Assembly: GCA_021463845.1 (NCBI GenBank)
Contig: JAJTXV010000001.1
Location: 518,174 to 582,173 of the forward strand
Direction: 5' to 3'
DNA length: 64,000 bases
Origin: Anaerolineales bacterium
GTDB lineage: Bacteria > Chloroflexota > Anaerolineae > Anaerolineales > UBA11579
Positions 61,179 through 64,000 of the stretch are shown piece by piece. The translations under genes were made by a program, and so were the position numbers. The notes beneath the pieces were generated by a model. The model was not told where the DNA came from, did not search any database, and worked only from the letters and a program-made list of their open reading frames with translations. Positions within the stretch are counted from its first letter, which is position 1; each line of letters opens with the position of its first letter.

Positions 61179-63782
61179 GTGGGCGTGGCAGACCCCAACA
61201 AGAGCTTACAGGAGTATCGCGACAAGCGCGATTTCTCCAAGACCAGCGAGCCTCAGCCGAACAGTGTGCCGGCTGAGGCTACTGGTATTGGCGCCCATCA
61301 AGCGCGCTTTTGCATTCAAAAACACAACGCCACGCGCTTGCACTACGACGTGCGCTTAGAAATTGACGGCGTCCTGGTGTCGTGGGCTGTGCCGCAAGGC
61401 CCTTCGTATGACCCGGTGGTCAAACGGCTGGCCGTGCGCACCGAAGACCACCCGATGGAGTATCTCAACTTTGAGGGCGTGATCCCCAAAGGCGAATACG
61501 GGGCGGGGCCAATCATTCTGTGGGACCAGGGCATCTACACCAATATTCGCGGGACCAAACGCAAGCCCTTCACTATGAAAGAGTCGCTTGATGCCGGGCT
61601 TGTGGAAGTGCGCCTGGAAGGCGAGAAGGTCAAGGGTGAGTTTGCCCTGGTGCGTACGAAGCATGAAGGCAAGCAAGAGAACTGGCTGATGGTGAAGATG
61701 AAGGATTCGTTCGCGAATCCTGAGTACGACATTGTGACTGATCTGCCGCTGTCCGTGAAGAGCGGCAAGAGCATTGAGGAGCTTGAGGAGGAAGGCAGCC
61801 GCGCCCAGCTGCCGGCGGCGCTGCGCAGCCTGCAGCCCGAGGCGCTCGAAAAGCTGACGCTCGACGACTTCCCGGGTTGGAAGGAGCCGATGCTGGCTTC
61901 GCCGGAAGATCGCCCATACGAGCGCGCCAACTGGATCTACGAACCCAAGCTGGATGGGCAGCGTGCGATCGTGTACCGGCGCGGCGGCCAGGTGCAGATG
62001 CTCTCGCGCAACAAGCTGATCATTACTGAGCAATATCCTGAGTTGGTTGCGGCGCTGAAGGAGCATGGCCGCGGCGACTTTGTGGCGGATGCTGAGATCG
62101 TCTCGTTCGAAGGCGAACGGGCCAGTTTTGAGCAGATGCAAAAGCGCATGCATGTACAGAAGCCGAGCAAGGAATTGGTAGAGGAAGCGCCGGTCTTCAT
62201 GTATTTGTTCGACGTTACATACTATGAAGGTTACGACACGACCCGCCTGAGCCAGTTGGAGCGCAAGCAACTGTTGCGGGGCCTGGTGGAGTACAAGGAT
62301 CCGCTGCGTTACATGGAGTATCAGGAGGGCGGGGGGTTGGAGCTGTTCCAGCGCTCTTGTGCCAGTGGGCAGGAGGGCGTGATCGCCAAGGATGGCAGCG
62401 CGCCGTACCAGCGCAGCCGCTCCAAGAGTTGGCTGAAGTGGAAGTGCGTGCGCCAGCAGGAATTTGTTGTGGGTGGCTTCACGCTGCCCACCGGCGGCAT
62501 GCGCGGCTTTGGGGCCCTGTTGGTTGGTTACTATCCAGAGGGCAGCGAGAAGCTGCAGTTTGTGGGTGGGGTCGGCACTGGTTTCTCCGACGAAGCCATT
62601 CGAGACGTGCGCCAGAAGCTGGATGCGCTCGCCACCCGCGAGAACCCGTTCATGCAGGATGATCTGCTGCCCTTGGAGGGTGTGCAGTGGGTGCGGCCAG
62701 AGCTTGTGGCACAGGTGGGCTTTGGCGAATGGACCAAGCTCAACAAGATCCGCCACCCGCGCTATCTCGGGCTGCGGGCGGACAAGGACGCGGCCAGCGT
62801 GCGGCGTGAGCCGACCGCCGCCGAGCCGGCTGCCTCGCCGCCTGTGGCTGAGCCGCCGCGGGCGGCAGCCGGCGACGAGATGCGCGAGGTGGATGGCCAG
62901 AAGATCAAGATCACCAACCCGGGCAAGATGCTGTTTCCAGATGTCAATAAAGCCCGCGTGATCGATTATTACGATCAGATCGCCCCGGTGATGCTGCCGC
63001 ATCTGGTTAACCGGCCGATCAGTATGCAGCGCTTCCCTGACGGCATACGCGCCCAAGGTTTCTTTCATAAGGAAGCGCCGGAATACTTCCCCAAGTTCGT
63101 CAGCCTGGTGGAAGTGCGCACCAGCGCCAGCGCGGCCGAAACTCAGCTGCAGGTCATGATCAACAATGCGGCCACGCTGGTGTATCTGGCACAGTTGGCC
63201 TCGTTCGTGATCCATATCTGGACCAGCCAAGTGCCGTTGCTGGAGCAGCCCGACAAGATCGTGTTCGATCTTGATCCGTCCACGGATGACAGCTGGGATG
63301 CGGTGGTGAGCGGAGCGCAGGATATGCGCCGCATGCTAACCGAGATGGGCCTGCCCTCGTTCGTGATGGCGACCGGCTCGCGCGGCTTGCATGTGTGCGT
63401 GCCGCTGGTGCCGCAGCACAATTTTGACACCGTGCTGCTGTTCGCAAAGGCGGTCTGCACCACGCTGGAGCGGCGCGATGCGAAGTTCACTACGCAGATC
63501 CGCAAGGACAAGCGCAAGGGGCGTATCTTCTTGGACTACTTGCGTAACCGCTATGCCCAGACGGGCATAGCGCCGTATTCGCTGCGGGCCAAGCCGGGTG
63601 CGCCGCTGGCGGCGCCCCTGGCTTGGGAGGAGCTGGACGACCTCAGCTTCCGGGCCGACAAGTTCACGGTGAGCAACATCATGCAGCGCCTTTCGAACGG
63701 TGGAGACCCGTGGGCAGGCTTCTTTGAGGCGCGCACCGCACTGCCGGACTTTGGCCTGATCGAACAGGTGCTTAAGGCTTAG
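61179..63782 (+). CDS. ligD: Multidomain ATP-dependent DNA ligase LigD (phosphoesterase-ligase-polymerase order)
   Basis: 867 aa. The PE domain reads FCIQKHNATRLHYDVRLE. The ligase adenylation motif is EPKLDGQRA. The C-terminal primase-polymerase domain reads IVFDLDPS...GSRGLHV. Confidence 0.9.
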   Translation: MGVADPNKSLQEYRDKRDFSKTSEPQPNSVPAEATGIGAHQARFCIQKHNATRLHYDVRLEIDGVLVSWAVPQGPSYDPVVKRLAVRTEDHPMEYLNFEGVIPKGEYGAGPIILWDQGIYTNIRGTKRKPFTMKESLDAGLVEVRLEGEKVKGEFALVRTKHEGKQENWLMVKMKDSFANPEYDIVTDLPLSVKSGKSIEELEEEGSRAQLPAALRSLQPEALEKLTLDDFPGWKEPMLASPEDRPYERANWIYEPKLDGQRAIVYRRGGQVQMLSRNKLIITEQYPELVAALKEHGRGDFVADAEIVSFEGERASFEQMQKRMHVQKPSKELVEEAPVFMYLFDVTYYEGYDTTRLSQLERKQLLRGLVEYKDPLRYMEYQEGGGLELFQRSCASGQEGVIAKDGSAPYQRSRSKSWLKWKCVRQQEFVVGGFTLPTGGMRGFGALLVGYYPEGSEKLQFVGGVGTGFSDEAIRDVRQKLDALATRENPFMQDDLLPLEGVQWVRPELVAQVGFGEWTKLNKIRHPRYLGLRADKDAASVRREPTAAEPAASPPVAEPPRAAAGDEMREVDGQKIKITNPGKMLFPDVNKARVIDYYDQIAPVMLPHLVNRPISMQRFPDGIRAQGFFHKEAPEYFPKFVSLVEVRTSASAAETQLQVMINNAATLVYLAQLASFVIHIWTSQVPLLEQPDKIVFDLDPSTDDSWDAVVSGAQDMRRMLTEMGLPSFVMATGSRGLHVCVPLVPQHNFDTVLLFAKAVCTTLERRDAKFTTQIRKDKRKGRIFLDYLRNRYAQTGIAPYSLRAKPGAPLAAPLAWEELDDLSFRADKFTVSNIMQRLSNGGDPWAGFFEARTALPDFGLIEQVLKA

Positions 63783-63801
63783 TTGCTTTAGAATTTTGTA
63801 C

Positions 63802-64000
63802 ATGAGCATCGCACCCATCACCAACATTCCCTGTTCCCTCGAATCGCTGAACGCACAAGAGCCCATGGCTGGCACTGCGCCCAAGGCGCAAGTGTGGTTC
63901 ATGCTGGAGTACGCGCCGCGTTGGGGCCATAAGGCCTGGGAAGAGAGCAGCATTGATCCTGAGATTCGCCAGGCTGTTGATGAGCAGCTTAAGCGGATCC
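63802..64000 (+). CDS. Sucrase/ferredoxin-like (thioredoxin-fold) family protein, N-terminal fragment
   Basis: My translation from ATG 63802 is MSIAPITNIPCSLESLNAQEPMAGTAPKAQVWFMLEYAPRWGHKAWEES... It stays open to the window end. The EP.AGTA....W..LE....W pattern resembles the family. Confidence 0.45.
   Translation, partial: MSIAPITNIPCSLESLNAQEPMAGTAPKAQVWFMLEYAPRWGHKAWEESSIDPEIRQAVDEQLKRI

Overview
This is a 64-kb, high-GC chromosomal segment (mid-60s % GC by eye, not computed) from a bacterium I cannot place from this window alone. It is densely packed with about 61 protein-coding genes. I found no rRNA, tRNA, tmRNA, CRISPR array, transposase or integrase.

Most genes are housekeeping:
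- A dispersed pentose-phosphate/glycolysis set: pgi (partial, at the left edge), tkt, tal, gnd, zwf and a phosphoglucomutase-family gene.
- Cell wall: murA and a VanW-like gene.
- Translation and RNA modification: smpB, L25/Ctc, rsmD, trmI, and mnmA next to a cysteine desulfurase.
- Fe-S assembly (an IscA-like protein), histidine ammonia-lyase, a SulP permease, an F420-type LLM oxidoreductase, an HDAC-family deacetylase, and a Ku + LigD end-joining pair.

Features that stand out:
1. A roughly 4.1-kb low-GC block (about 10.29-14.39 kb) carries a lone, divergent ribosomal protein S12 paralog. It has Arg at both classical streptomycin-resistance lysine positions and a Lys-rich insertion. It is followed by a SlyD-like PPIase and a three-gene sugar-type ABC importer.
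2. A second low-GC islet holds an SRA-like/HNH nuclease, probably a modification-dependent restriction enzyme. Its stop overlaps the start of a host aldo/keto reductase gene (ATGA).
3. An 8.4-kb three-gene operon encodes a small membrane protein, a 1,708-aa all-TPR protein, and a 969-aa TPR protein fused to a gingipain-like (C25, clan CD) cysteine peptidase domain with a His/Cys-rich tail. None of the three has an obvious secretion signal.
4. A 922-aa lipoprotein joins an FGE/SUMF1-type domain to about 15 tandem Cys-pair modules.
5. An orphan beta-class DNA methyltransferase is wedged between tkt and tal.
6. Several short repeat or hairpin families occupy intergenic DNA. Two copies supply the stop codons of mnmA and the cysteine desulfurase. 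A 700-bp non-coding region beside smpB is full of nested inverted repeats.

All functional calls come from motif-level recognition in the supplied translations and my own reading of the DNA. No database search was run.
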